DNA from: Haliotis rubra
Taxonomy: Eukaryota
Reading direction: 5' to 3'
Length of the DNA stretch: 64,000 nucleotides
NCBI RefSeq assembly: GCF_003918875.1
Contig: NW_025766892.1
Location: 620,001-684,000, forward strand
In this document: one piece after another, positions 1 to 12,709 of the stretch
Layout of the letters: every line of letters begins with the position of its first letter
How positions within the stretch are numbered: the first letter of the stretch is position 1
Position numbers and translations under genes: made by a program
The notes under the pieces: model-generated
The model's input: only the letters and a program-made list of their open reading frames with translations
What the model was told of the DNA's origin: nothing
The model's database searches: none

Positions 1-1116
1 CTTTCAGAAGCATCACGTCAACGTGTAGTATCTCATAAGTTAATCACGTACGTTTTTAATAAATCATACTGACATAATGAAAAATGAGCCATGTAAATGA
101 AAATATTATAAACATAACACTCCAGCCCTCCACAGAAGCTGTCTGGACATGAACATTCTGTCTATGCATAGATTAACATGTCTATATGTAATGTTGCAAA
201 TGATAGCACGCGCAACTTATTACGGTATATTTTATTGGTATGGTATTGAGGAGCATTTTATTGGTGTATTCTGACGCATATTTCTATGACGTCGCGGTGA
301 TTTATCAAAGGCACCAATCTAATATTCTGAAGTGTTTGATAAATAGCATTCATAAATAGCTCACATATCAAAGATTAATGTACGTCGATTGCTTAATAAT
401 TGAGATAAGAGGATTAAATCAATCTGGAGACATGGCATTCCAAGTTCTCAGACACGTGGAGATGGTGTTTCAATAAAGATGTAAATATACCATTTCATTT
501 TCGTCCGAATACATGAATACATTGATGCGTCAAGCGGATAATACACAGTCCCTGATTTATAAGCCCGACATCCTACACAGAAAATGCACATGAGCCGATG
601 ATATACAAATGTGGAAACTCCATGAGGTGTTAACATGTCAACCAATAACACGCATGTTAAAAGCGGACCACGATTTGGTTTGTTATTTAACACCGCTCTC
701 AGCAATAGTCCAGCTACAAAACGGCAATCTGTAAATAATCGCGTCTGGAGCAGACATTCCAGTGATTGATATCATCAGCATCTGTCTACGAAATTAGGAT
801 ACGATGACGTGCAATCAACGAACCTGGCCACCCGTTCCTACCCTGATCTTGACACATTGTCCTTGTGCAATAAGTGTAAACTCTGACACTCTGCATACAT
901 TGATCTGACATTAAATGGTGCGAACCTTTCCAGTCGAACTTGGTCTTGTCTTGTCCATTATAAAGAGAGACCTCTCTGTTCACCCTGGTGATTGTTTTCT
1001 GCCTAAGGCAACACCATGGACATTGTTTCCAGCTATACGATATTAATTAACCGCGTCTGATCACGCGGATACACATCCAGTTACCAACACTCGAAGGGCC
1101 ATGTAAACTGACGTGC

Positions 1117-1562
1117 AAGACGATGTTACACCCATGTCTTTTTGACGTTCTCTAAAGCACAAGACGATGTTACACCATGTCTTTTTGACGTTCTCTAAAA
1201 CACGAAACGATGTTACACCCATGTCTTTTTGACTTTCTCTAAAACACAAGATGATATTACACCCATGTCTTTTTTACGTTCTCTTAAACACAAAACGATG
1301 TTACACCCATGTCTTTTTGACGTTCTCTAAAACACAAAACGATGTTACACCCATGTCTTTTTGACGTTCTCTAAAACACAAGACGATGTTACACCCATGT
1401 CTTTTTGACGTTCTCTAAAACACAAAACGATGTTACACCCATGTCTTTTTGACGTTCTCTAAAGCACAAGACGATGTTACACCCATGTCTTTTTGACGTT
1501 CTCTAAAACACAAAACGATGTTACACCTATGTCTTTTTGACGTTCTCCAAAACACAAAACAA
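1117..1562. repeat. 44-bp minisatellite, ~10 copies
   Basis: Unit ACGATGTTACACCCATGTCTTTTTGACGTTCTCTAAAACACAA(A/G), head-to-tail with no spacers. Confidence 0.95.
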
Positions 1563-2566
1563 GACATACAGTTATTTGATGGTGATGTATTTAAATGCTT
1601 TATATTAAAGAATTATATGCATCACCAATTCTACAATTGTGTATGTAACTTTGTTAATGATTAATGTTATTATCTCCATAGAAGTACAGAACTTTGTATG
1701 CTAGTTATTCCAATGTTCAATAAGCACACATTTGTCCGATATCTGAGTATATGTTTATGGAAAAGGCGTTCTAAGATTTTGCCCGATGCATGGGACTTTT
1801 TCAGTCAGTAAAATATCTTTAAAAACAAAGAATGTCTCACAACAGGCGTGGTGTTCACCCAAGTAACCTCTGTAATGGTCAAATCCTATTTCCAAACACA
1901 TACGTTCTTTCCCCTTACATTTAACATCAAGATGTCCACACTCATTATTCTGGTACATGGTGTGACATAAGAGTACAGGGTAACCAGCGCCACTTTACCT
2001 AACTATGAATGATAAGAACTTGTAGCTTGAAAACAGTGTAAGAATCTACACGGAAACGTCGCTCTATGCAAGAAACAAGAAGTTGTTATCCATAAAGTCA
2101 ATGCTTTGTCATTGCCTCGCCAACTTCTAGAATGCCGATCAAACAATGATAAGAATTTTTAAAGTTTTAATCGTTTATTATCTGTTTTATCTACCAAATA
2201 TGAACCATAGTTCTATGAATCTGTTCTACTGTTCTTCTATTTAGACGTGATCAATCAATCCATCAGAGAATTACTCAGCTGTTCTCCTTCTACATCGTAT
2301 GTGCTCAATACTTGACATGTTGACTGAAATGGCACTTATGCAAACAAGTCTGAAGTAAGAGGGTAAGGGCTGGTGGGATCTGCCTTTGAACCCAAGAATA
2401 AATAACTTTAATAACCTAATTCTATGTAAATATTGAGCATAACCTTGATTTATCTTCACACACACAACACACACACACACGGATTGCCACACAAACAAGC
2501 AGGCACAGGAACACGCACCCGCACACAAATACACGCGCACATACACACACAACCATACTCATATGA

Positions 2567-2821
2567 GTGGTGAGTGAGTGAGTGAGTTTAGTTTAACGCT
2601 GCATTCAGTAAATATTCCAACTATATGGAGGCGGTCTGTAAATAATCGAGTCTGGACCAGACAATCCAGTGACCAACAGCATGAGCATCGATCTACGCAA
2701 TTGGGATATGATATGACACGTATCAACCAAGTCAGCGAGCCTGACCACCCGATCCTGTTAGTCGCCTCTTACGACAAACATGGGTTGCTGAAGATCAATT
2801 CTAACGGGACCTTCACGGGTT
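2567..2821 (-). mobile_element. SINE-like family C (~250 bp, no tRNA head), full-length copy
   Basis: TSD CATACTCA(T/C)ATGA (2554-2566, 2822-2834); (ACTC)n tail like family A. Other copies ~685-840(-), 8261-8320, 9668-9935, 10600-10730, 13468-13680(+), 14126-14332(+), 41605-41660(-), 52220-52365, 63475-63648(-). Confidence 0.8.
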
Positions 2822-5498
2822 CATACTCACATGAATGAGCATGCACATTACACATAGGATATTCACATATTTCCACTCGTTTTACTTGTCCCTGGTGCGT
2901 TTCAGCTGCATAACAAGCCTCCGGGGGAATATTTCGAACAATAGTTCAAATTTAAAAGGTATTGTTATTGTCTTTAATGCATTTCAGTTTCCTGTAAAAG
3001 TAGCGAGGGCTTAATTTTCGTTTTCTTAACCCCACAATGGTGATTGATTAAGAAGTACCGCAGCTTGTCATCAAAGCTGTAGATATTTGTTTAAAAATCT
3101 GACATAATGTTTTTCAAAACCAAACTTCGGCGATGTATATATTATTACTAAAAGCTATAATTCAATAAGTAAGTTCGTTAGTGATAGTCACATATACAAC
3201 CCATGAAGACGTGACGAGGCAGCGGGAGCGCTTTATGGGTTGAACAGGATTCGGGTTGTCGGTGATATTACTTAACTGGCAAAGCTTGGACAAAAGATAT
3301 ATAAGAGGGGTCGATGCGTAGCGTCTCAGGTCAAAGACTCAACCAAACATGGCTCAACTTATGTTGTTACATTCACTGATATTCCGACACAACATGTCAG
3401 GTGCAAATCGATTATACATGGCTTGTTGATCTTGATTGATATATATTGATTTTCAAATGCACGTGTGATCGGTAGTGTCAGTTAACATATCACTCGCGGG
3501 CAAATACTCGACCCTAATAATATAATACATTCACCCACGGGAACTCAAGCAAAATAAACATTAATACATTTCCACAATGAATAGCCCTTTCCGTTCTAGA
3601 GTCACCAATTTGTAAAACCCTATCTATTAACAGGTACCGCCCTTTCAGGCGTATATTACCCACACACGTCAAACAAACTTTTCATATTTAACAATACGTG
3701 TTGAGCCAAATAGTGTACTGTGACCAATGCTTTCATGGTAGCAGTTTGTGAATACTGATTCAATTCAGCTCGGTTGGTTTTCTGTAGCCACAATTTACCC
3801 TCAGTGATCCGCACACCCGGGTAATTGAGTCTTCGATAAACACCCGGATTTAGCCGCTTGGTTAGTATGACGTTGTGCGAAGGGACCTCGGGTGGAGATA
3901 GTGTCATATTGACAGACGGGAGGTTGGGCGACGGGGACGGTGTGTTTTCAAGCTGCTCCTATAAGGTATGTAGTCCCATTGGGGCTTAGCAGTGTGAGGA
4001 TAGACTTACTTGCATATATTCATACAGGTGTTACCAATATTACCTATAAGATGCTCATTAAAAAGTACAAACCCCAAAACATTGTTTTCCAACACACTTT
4101 CATTGATTTGTTTCAATGTACATTGCGTAATTGTTTCACAATTATCATTGTCTAAATGTATTTCGCAATAAGATGAAGCGTTCTTGGTGTTTTTATGAAA
4201 TCTCCACATTTAAAGGACATTCTCGTCCAGTGCATAAAGCATCTGATCGAAGAGCGGAAAGTCGGGTGTTTCATCTACGTCATATCACAGTGTGTTAAAT
4301 ATGCTACTTATTGTTGCCCTGACTGGCGCACCGTGTAAAAGGCATAACGCAGAGACTGTTTGTCTTGGAGTCAGGTAATGTGACTGAGTGGGGTACCCAT
4401 GTTATGCTGATACGCGGTATCGGTTTTGTTTAGGATTATACAACCGGCTTTAGATGAAGACTAAGATAAGCAGATCACGCCCCCACATCCACCCAAGTTT
4501 ACACCCCACCCCTCCTTCCTCCAAACACACACGTGCACAGAGGTAGCTATAAGAGCAATGCTCTTGAACATCAGGTGTAAGCCTTTTCACCTCATCTTTA
4601 TAGTTTAATAAGACACTCATCGGAACTGTATATATAAATAATTTACAACTTTATATCACTGATCACTGACATATAACAAACATCTCGCTACCTATCACTC
4701 CTACTGTGTCACATTATACTTTGCTGCTACTCGGAAACTGGCCATGTTTACGATCCAATCGATATTTGAAAAAATCTCCTGTCTTTATCTGAGGGATCTT
4801 CTTGTTATGTCGCACAGTTTCTTCTAACTAAACACAACCGAAGTCTCCTGGAGAAATGTGTTAACCAAATAGGTGTATGATCGAGATCTCAAAGCTCTTT
4901 TAGAACGGCCTCTCTTCTGGCTGTGATCTGTGGTCAGGGCGTGCAGTACAGTTATGTAATAGATTAGGTCAGGTTTCACGTCAGGGCGAAATGACGTGGT
5001 TGGATTGTATTTGGTGTCGCTGTTGTGCCTAATGACACTCTACTGTTGGAGATTGGAAACATGAGACTGTGAGTTGGGTTAGTCACAGCTCCAGGTAGTA
5101 CTCTGTCGTACAGTCCCTGAACCGCATTACTTTCCCCGCTGCCTTGCCCTCCCTCCAATGCTAAAGCCCTAAATGAAGGAAGTTAAGGTTTCCTCAGGTT
5201 CCTCTGTATCTCACATCTCACTGGTCTCCTTTTCAATATCAAATTCAGCTATTATTTCCGTCAAGTTTATGTTTCCTGTTACTAAACGTTAGTTAAACCA
5301 TGTATTATTTCGAGGCCTCGAAATAACCCCAGCTTTTGCAATACAGCTATCGATAATACATAAGCGAGCGAGTTCGCAGTTTGCATCGTCCGACTCCTCG
5401 AGCGTTGCAAGTCCACATCTCCCTTGATGAGGTCACTAACCTGAACGAAACCAATGTTGTAAAATCTTCCTGAATACCTCCAAATACACGATAATTTT

Positions 5499-5633
5499 CA
5501 GGCGCGTAGCAAGTCATTGTTTTCGTGTAAGCCCGATAGGTTACCAAGCTTCACATTTAGATAGTATTGAGGGCTTGCCCAGCCTTTTCAGCAACAATCA
5601 TATGTAAGCCCGGGCTTTTTTCGTTATGGTAGC
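5499..5633. repeat. ~135-bp dispersed repeat, second copy at ~8007-8142
   Basis: Both start CAGGCGCGTAGCAAG and end GTAAGCCCGGGCTTTT..ATGGTAGCT. Confidence 0.7.
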
Positions 5634-6433
5634 TTCGCCACTGATTTCATACCAGTTCCAATTTCCAGACAAGTGTGGGAACAAAACCTAGACGTTTACC
5701 ACTTTAGCGGAATACGTGGAGACCGGCTATAGTAGCCTATGATATTAAACGTTGCGATTGTGGTATTCGAACAGGTTCATGGTTTAGTCGCCGCAATTTG
5801 CTGTGCAGAGTTGCCTCCCTTGTGCACACCAGAAACCAGTGATTGTTGGTTTGAAAACCGGTTCGCCCTGATTGTGTTTCTATGTTTGCCATCACTCTAC
5901 CGCTCTTGTGAGTTTCACCAAATAGTAAACATCTTAGTCCTGCATCAATTCTGGGCCTTCCCCCTTCCCCAGCGACATGCTGTGGTGTAAGTGGAATACT
6001 TTTCAGCTGCGTTAGACCAAAGTCATTTCCACGCTTCATTGTATTGGAACACGTGATAGGAGCGGTGGGGTAGTCTAGACTAAAGCGTTCGCTCGTCACG
6101 CTTAAGATCCGGGTTCGATTCCCCACATGGGTACAATGTGTGAAGCCCATTTCTGGTGTCCCCAGTCGTGATATTGCTGGAGTACTGCTAAATTTAAAAG
6201 CTCCGTAAAACCATTCTCACTCACTCACTCGAACATGTGATCTTTATATTCTTGCTCGTCTAAAGAACCCAAACCTTCACAGCGAAATAAGGCACTCAAA
6301 ATTACCTGGAAATCTGGGTTCCATGGTTTGAATTCTGCTGAAAATCTACTAAGTGCAACCTGTCTGATGTAGAGGTTAACAATGTACAGCTTGTGAAACA
6401 TACATCTGGACTGCGATAAGTACAATGTGGATA

Positions 6434-6785
6434 ACCGCCTCCGTGGTGTAGTGGTTTTTAGAGCGTCCAGAGAGCGGAAGGTCGCGGGTTCGATCCCCAA
6501 CCGCGTCATACCAAAAGACGTTAAAATATGGTACTTGTTGGCCCCTGCCTGGCGCTCGGCATTAATGGGTACAACAAGGACTGTTTGGCTCGGAGTAAGT
6601 ATAATGTGTCTGAGTGGGGTATTCATGCTTCACTGCGGCATGGTATCTCAGTGGGCTAGCACTGTAAAACCAGCTTCAGTCTGGGCTAGTACAAGCAGCC
6701 GCACATACACATACACACGCATGCACGTCGTCATATGAGCGAAATATTCTCAAGCACGACGATAAACCCAATTTCACCTAATCTC
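6434..6785 (+). mobile_element. tRNA-derived SINE family B (~350 bp; central domain resembles Meta/MESC-type SINE cores)
   Basis: A/B boxes (TGTAGTGG, GGTTCGATCC), core GTCATACCAAAAGACGTTAAAATATGGTAC, TSD ACAATGTGGATA (6422-6433, 6786-6797). Other copies 55256-55520, 55551-55886, internally deleted 48121-48205. Core assignment is from memory. Confidence 0.8.
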
Positions 6786-9431
6786 ACAATGTGGATACTT
6801 TGAGTTTATGTTTCCTCAATAGCGAAAGAGTATAAACTTATTCATAGTAGGTACGAAATGCTCAGGTATGTGTTAGATTCATGCTTTATAATCGTACTGC
6901 ATTCATATAGTTAGTGCCCGATTTGACTTGAAAATCTGATCATGCCTTGTTTTCATTAACCATATAAAAAGCGACGAAAATCAAACGGATAACTTTATAT
7001 TTATCTTTCCAAAACAGTTGACAGTTGTGACCAAACTTCACTCACTATCTTATATGTAAAACTGTGTCCGAAAGTACGAGGCCGATGTTCCTGAGGTATG
7101 GTTACAATCTCGTTTTATCCACGAATCCGCTAACACACCCGTATGTTTACAAAATAGAACCTTATGTCGTGTTTGGAAAGTTAATGAAAAAGTAAGAATA
7201 TATAAATGCTTTTAATCGGGTCCATTCGGCTTTTTCCGTTATTCACATAATACCTGACTATTTTAACTTGAAGACGGCACAGGTGCAATCAATGCATGCT
7301 GTGAGATGCAGCTTGATGGATGCATGTACTTCTAGTATGGATTCCTTTAAATTATTAATATTCACAAATGTTCGCTGGATTGTTTGTACGGATAAAATCA
7401 AGTACGTATTTCTCATCAAACCGGCGATTAGCCGAGCTCTGATCAACAGCATATGTGACCTTGTAGCGGTGTAAACAGTTTAGACAATAGAAGATGCTTC
7501 CGTCAACTATGGAAGACAAGTAGGTAATCTATGGCTAGTAAGTTCATGAACTTTTACTGAGGGTAAACTAAATATTGACAAAACTTATACCTATCTATCA
7601 GGCCTTCGGGAAGTTCAAACACCAGACAGGCGCGTTACATCAGGGCGGACACAAATATCCCGACTCACTAATGTGACGGGTTCAACCACCACCTGCATTA
7701 CTTGTAGTCTTACATCGAGGTCATCGACTGGATCATCTCTCATTGCTTTCGTGTCCATATATCTTTACTGTGTACAGGGAATCGTATGTTGACTTGGGAA
7801 TCACGAGCAACTAGACGTCACCTCAATACATTTCTTTAAGCCGATGAAAACTGGCTCTGAAATGGCTGTTTTCCTGGTATTACACTGTCATGATACTAAC
7901 TTATAAGCCAAAAAAATGGATATGCAAATATGTATTTTAGTTGGACTTACTACGGTTTTGTTTTCATTGAAATAACCGTCGCTGTAGTTCCGATATTTAC
8001 AGAAGTCAGGCGCGTAGCAAGCCAATTGTTTCGTGATAGCCCTATAGGTTGCAAAGGTTTATATTTCGATGGTATTGAGGGCTTTCCCAACCTTTTTAGC
8101 AACAATCATGTGTAAGCCCGGGCTTTTATTATAATGGTAGCTAGCTGGAAGTACTCGAATCCCGTGTGTTTACATTGCCACCACTACATCCAGGTAGACT
8201 CTTGGTCTATACAATGTTTCTAGAGCGTGTAGCCTAGTGCTTGAAGCCTTGACTCAACTCGTCCTATGAAGGTCCCGTTAGAATACGTCTTCAGCAATCC
8301 ATAGTTGTTGTAAGAGGCGCCCCGTCGACAAAAGAAGAGAGAAGTACACAAAGTACTTATTCAGTTGTCAGGCTTCCATTTTGTGTGGAAGCTGTGGTGG
8401 CTGAGTTGGTTGGACTTCATGTGACGAGGTTCAGACGCTTCACTTTGAGAGTGTGGGCTCGAATCTCGGATGGGACTCAACCCTAAAGTACTAGATTCCG
8501 TATTTCACTGAGAAAGTGGAATTCTAAAATAGAACACGTTACAGTTTGGCAACTTTCTAATAGGCATTGTGTCAGGAGTAATTGTCAGAAGACCATTGCC
8601 CTTCTCTGAGGATGACTATTTAGTGTAGACAAACCGTTTTGCTGTATAGGCACCACTATTTCAGTGGTATTGGGATATTATGCACCTTTGTCGTTCTACT
8701 GTCTAAATATACTTGCATTTATGGACATACTGACAATCTACAAATCCTAAATTCGGTAGTGCTATGAAAACTGCAAGGGAGTTTCATCTCATTGTACGAC
8801 CAAGTGAGGAACTACATCTTTGAAAACGAACGAACAAGTTAATTTAACAAGTTTCGTAGCACTTTGTCTATTTTATTGACACTGTATATCAGCAAATTTG
8901 ATTGATATTATGATATCTCACAGCATGTTTTATTGAAATGTATTGTCCCGTCCCTGTCCTGTGCGTGTAAGTATGACCGAACGCTGTTGACATGAACATA
9001 CCAGCCCTCGCTGAAAGTGAGACGTGGACAATTAAAACCAGCCACATTTCCACGTATTCGTGGCCTGCTAAAAGCCCTTGTTGACAGCTTAATGGTGGGT
9101 ATCCAAACACTTTAACGCCTGATATACTTGTATATGATTATTTATCAAGGTGTATTTTCATGTAATACACCACGTGTTAGCAGATAAAGACATTCCCGTG
9201 TGAAGTTTACGAGTCCCCGCTATCCCCTCTGTGTGGTGTATGTAGATGCTTCAAACATACGTATGCACAGAGCGTGTGCCTCTCCTACGTCCTTGTCGTA
9301 TCTATAAGGTGAGTCAAACACAAAACCGTAAACTTAACATCCATACCATAAACTCACTGTTTATGTTTACTTATGAAATGCGTGTTTGCCGAGTCATTAG
9401 AACTCTAGAAACCCTTGTTCTACTCTGATCA

Positions 9432-9600
9432 GGGGCGGTGGGGTAGCCCTAATGGTTAAAGCGTTGGCTCGTCACGCCGAAGACCCGGGTTCGAATCCCC
9501 ACATGGGTACAATGTGTGAAGCCCATTTCTGGTGTCCCCCGCCGTGATGTTGCTGGAATATTGCTAAAAGCGGCGTAAAACCAAACTCAGTCAGTCAGTC
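9432..9600 (+). mobile_element. tRNA-derived SINE family A (~170 bp), full-length copy
   Basis: A box TAGCC(C/T)A(A/G)TGG, B box GGTTCGAATCC, microsatellite tail, TSD TACTCTGATCA (9421-9431, 9601-9611). Other copies: ~6058-6229(+), 14755-14926(+), 25208-25375(-), 26987-27073, 34195-34355(-), 35245-35337(-), 47234-47378(-), 48396-48549(-), 51410-51487, 55117-55255(+), 55895-56069(+), 57056-57158, 62724-62868(+). Confidence 0.9.
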
Positions 9601-9936
9601 TACTCTGATCAAGCTATGTTCTTTGATCGCATCAGAACCAACGGTCCACTCCACCAGCACTGGCTGGTCCCCGTTGGAGTTAGAATTGGTGCTTAGTAAC
9701 CGTGACAGTTGAATTGGTTGTAAGAGTGAGTGAGTTAAGATTTAAAGTCACATCGGCAATATTTCAGCCATATCGTGACTATGGTTGTAAGAGGCGACTA
9801 AGTGGATCGGATGGCCAGGCACTGTGAATTGGTTGATCTCGTGTTATCGTGTCTCGGCGGAGTGGATCGTTTTAGCGCCAAATTGCACTAAGGGGTCCAT
9901 AGTTGATTATCTGCACATGATTTGCGGCGTTAAACA

Positions 9937-9971
<35 letters not shown>

Positions 9972-12004
9972 GGGTATTGGGTTGGGGTGGTATTAGAATA
10001 TTATTACACTCTTACAAAGCGTCTTACCTTTTCCACTGGGACCCCAGGTCAACGAGGGGGGAGTGTCATATACCACAGCTGACGTGGTGGTTTACAACGC
10101 CTTGGAGAGTAGTTCAGATGTTATATCATGGCGTGACAGCTCTATGTGCAGGCCTTAAACATTTACGGCATTAGTTGAAGACTAGGACAGTAACCACACC
10201 GCACCTCCAACCGCACACACTCACACGTGCATGCACGTCACTATAAGAGCAATGCTCTTGACCACCAAGTTTAACCCCTTTTGCACTTATCTTTAAACTT
10301 CAATAAGACAGTCACTGGATCTGTGTATAGATATTTTACAACTTTATATCACTGACATATGGAACTTTACCAAATAATACGTGTTTTGCAATCTTGCAGT
10401 GAAAGGAGACAGAAATAGTATATCTTTCGAAAAATGATATTCGTCTCGTGTCTTCTAATTTCTCCCGTACACCCATGAGGATGGTGATGACAAACCTGGA
10501 CGCATATTCAAGTCAGACGGGTTCCGAACCAGCGATCACAGGTTTGTGGCACGCCTGAGGGAAGAGTCCCTTCACAACGAACCGATTTAGCAATCAGTGT
10601 TTGTTGTGAGAGGCAACTTGATGGATGTATGTCCTCGTATTCCAGTTGCTTAGATCGATGTCGATGACATCATGGATTGTCTGGTCCAGTGATGACATGT
10701 AACAGTAATATTGATGAGTGCGGCAACAAACAACAAACTGTTGCTTCTTACACGACTGGTATACCCACACCACTACATGGTCATGTGTTGCCTGGTCCGA
10801 CATGTAGTAGTGCAAGCGCAGCCTACCCAGGAACCAGGCAGCTAGGTGTGTCGACCAAGCGTCATACACAACACACACTAAAATTTAATCAAACCAAGTC
10901 TCTGTCGGACTATGTCGAAGCAAGTACAGAGTTTATTATAAAGAGGGTTTACAAGGTAGCTTTATCAACATCAAGGGTGCATTTCTTTCAAAGAGTGAAC
11001 GTTAATAAAGTCTATCTTTCAACTGAACAGGTTATGCTCAGACAGGTATAAGTTTGCAGCTGGTCTGCTGTAACATTTGCACTGACAAACCATTCCTCAC
11101 CTTCATTGATTTACCTGCAGTAATTGGCGTTAAATTGGCCGTAGAGCATTGCCATTCGTGATGGCAACTCTGACGTGCGAGATGTCAGCGCCGAAGTATC
11201 CAATTTACCGTTACGAGACCAAGAAAATTTGATTCGAGCTGTTGCACGGAAACCTACCGTCAAATCATCAATATTTCAGAGGCAGTCCACTCATTTGGAT
11301 ATAAATCAACCAATAACGGCGATATGGTCAAGATTGCAGGACCAGTCGAGTAAACATGGTTTCTAGACTTGAGTTGTTTCTGTCGGGATCCTGCTTGAGT
11401 GAAGATGCAATATAAACAGCGTGCGTGCTTAACCATACATGTGTTCGTGTGTTTTTAACCCGTGACGACAGTATCACCTGAAGTTCGGTGTCAGTGAACG
11501 TTCCTCATTTATATGTATGTTTAATCTGTTTTTCCATTTAGAGCTGGGAGTTTAATGAAATTTTACATGAACCTTTTAAAATATTCATTGAATGTTTGTT
11601 GTTTTGGTCGGTGTTTTCTCAAGGAAACATGTAGGCCAGTCCAACACATTGTAAATATATGTTTTGCTGCAACCGTTCTAATACGTGTTTGGGAACAGCA
11701 GTGACATATACCTGCAGGTCTTGCAATAGCGTCTATTTCGGTAACGCTGAGATGAAGTAACGCTGATAATGCGTTTCCAGCACAGAGAGCTGGATCCACC
11801 CATGTCATGGCAAATCTACGATTGTACGAGAAAACTTTGCCGTCGACAGTTTCTATTTCAGGATCGTTTGAACCTGATGGATTTGTTTGTAGAATATTTA
11901 TTATTTGAGTTAGAAATTGATCTGACTGAATTATTAAAGTTATGTATTTGTTTCTTCAGGTGTAACCGAACGGATTTAACCCTGTGGTATCAACTTAAGC
12001 AGCC

Positions 12005-12709
12005 ATGTCCAGTCGGAAGACATTTCCCGGAATGGCCAGTCACACCGTCACCAGGTCAGAGTTCGAAGACGGGATATTAAGAGACAATGCGAGATTTGAC
12101 AACAGACTAGACAATGAGAAACGACACGTAGATAAGGCTAAGCGGGTTGTGGTTCGTGAGTATGACAAGGAGAGCCAAATGCTAAAGCAGAAAATGGCAT
12201 CTGCAGCTCAGAGGAAACCTACGTATTATAGTCAGACATCTGTTCCAAATGGGGCAACTGGAAAGAATACGGGTTCAAGAGTGAATACAGGTCGTTCGTC
12301 CAGACTTATCCCCGACTATGAGTACAAACAGTATAGGATGCGACAGAATACCGACCAAAACGATACCGTTAAGCAGACGACAATTGAAACAAAGCCCGAA
12401 AAGACTCCGAAGGTAGCCGACGAAGCACCCAAACAACAAAACGACACCGACGTGACCGATGAAAAACGAGAAGCGAATGGCAGTGCGAATCTTGATCTTC
12501 CTGACAATTACGTTTCCACAAGACGAACACGACCCCCAGAGAACTTCTGGACTAACCTCAGTACACCCAGACATCTTTCAAGCGTTCGCAATGTACGGGA
12601 AAGACTTGCTAAGGAATTCGGCAAGCCTAAATCCAAGTCCTCATCTCAAAGACCAAATGGCACGGGGCGTTTACCATTAGTACAAGGAACACGTATGGAT
12701 AAAAAGTGA
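12005..12709 (+). CDS. Uncharacterised 234-aa protein: N-terminal predicted coiled coil, disordered remainder
   Basis: Longest non-repeat ORF in the window. Kozak GCAGCCATG, splice acceptor TTTCTTCAG ending 11959, candidate donor GTATGT at 11515, TATAAA at 11411, AATAAA at 13385. Confidence 0.7.
   Translation: MSSRKTFPGMASHTVTRSEFEDGILRDNARFDNRLDNEKRHVDKAKRVVVREYDKESQMLKQKMASAAQRKPTYYSQTSVPNGATGKNTGSRVNTGRSSRLIPDYEYKQYRMRQNTDQNDTVKQTTIETKPEKTPKVADEAPKQQNDTDVTDEKREANGSANLDLPDNYVSTRRTRPPENFWTNLSTPRHLSSVRNVRERLAKEFGKPKSKSSSQRPNGTGRLPLVQGTRMDKK

Noticed and set aside
1117-1562. CRISPR-like regular repeat
   Set aside because: Units are head-to-tail with no unique spacers, there are no cas genes, and the context is eukaryotic.
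2020-2070. Possible degenerate Penelope-type minimal hammerhead (also ~8604-8640)
   Set aside because: The CUGANGA core is not intact in either place; too decayed to support.
6225-6738. ORFs of 103-133 aa on both strands
   Set aside because: They lie largely within or across a family B SINE and have no recognisable domain.
9432-9510. tRNA gene (Asp-like anticodon loop) and similar heads elsewhere
   Set aside because: No acceptor-stem closure; it continues into a SINE body and tail with a TSD.
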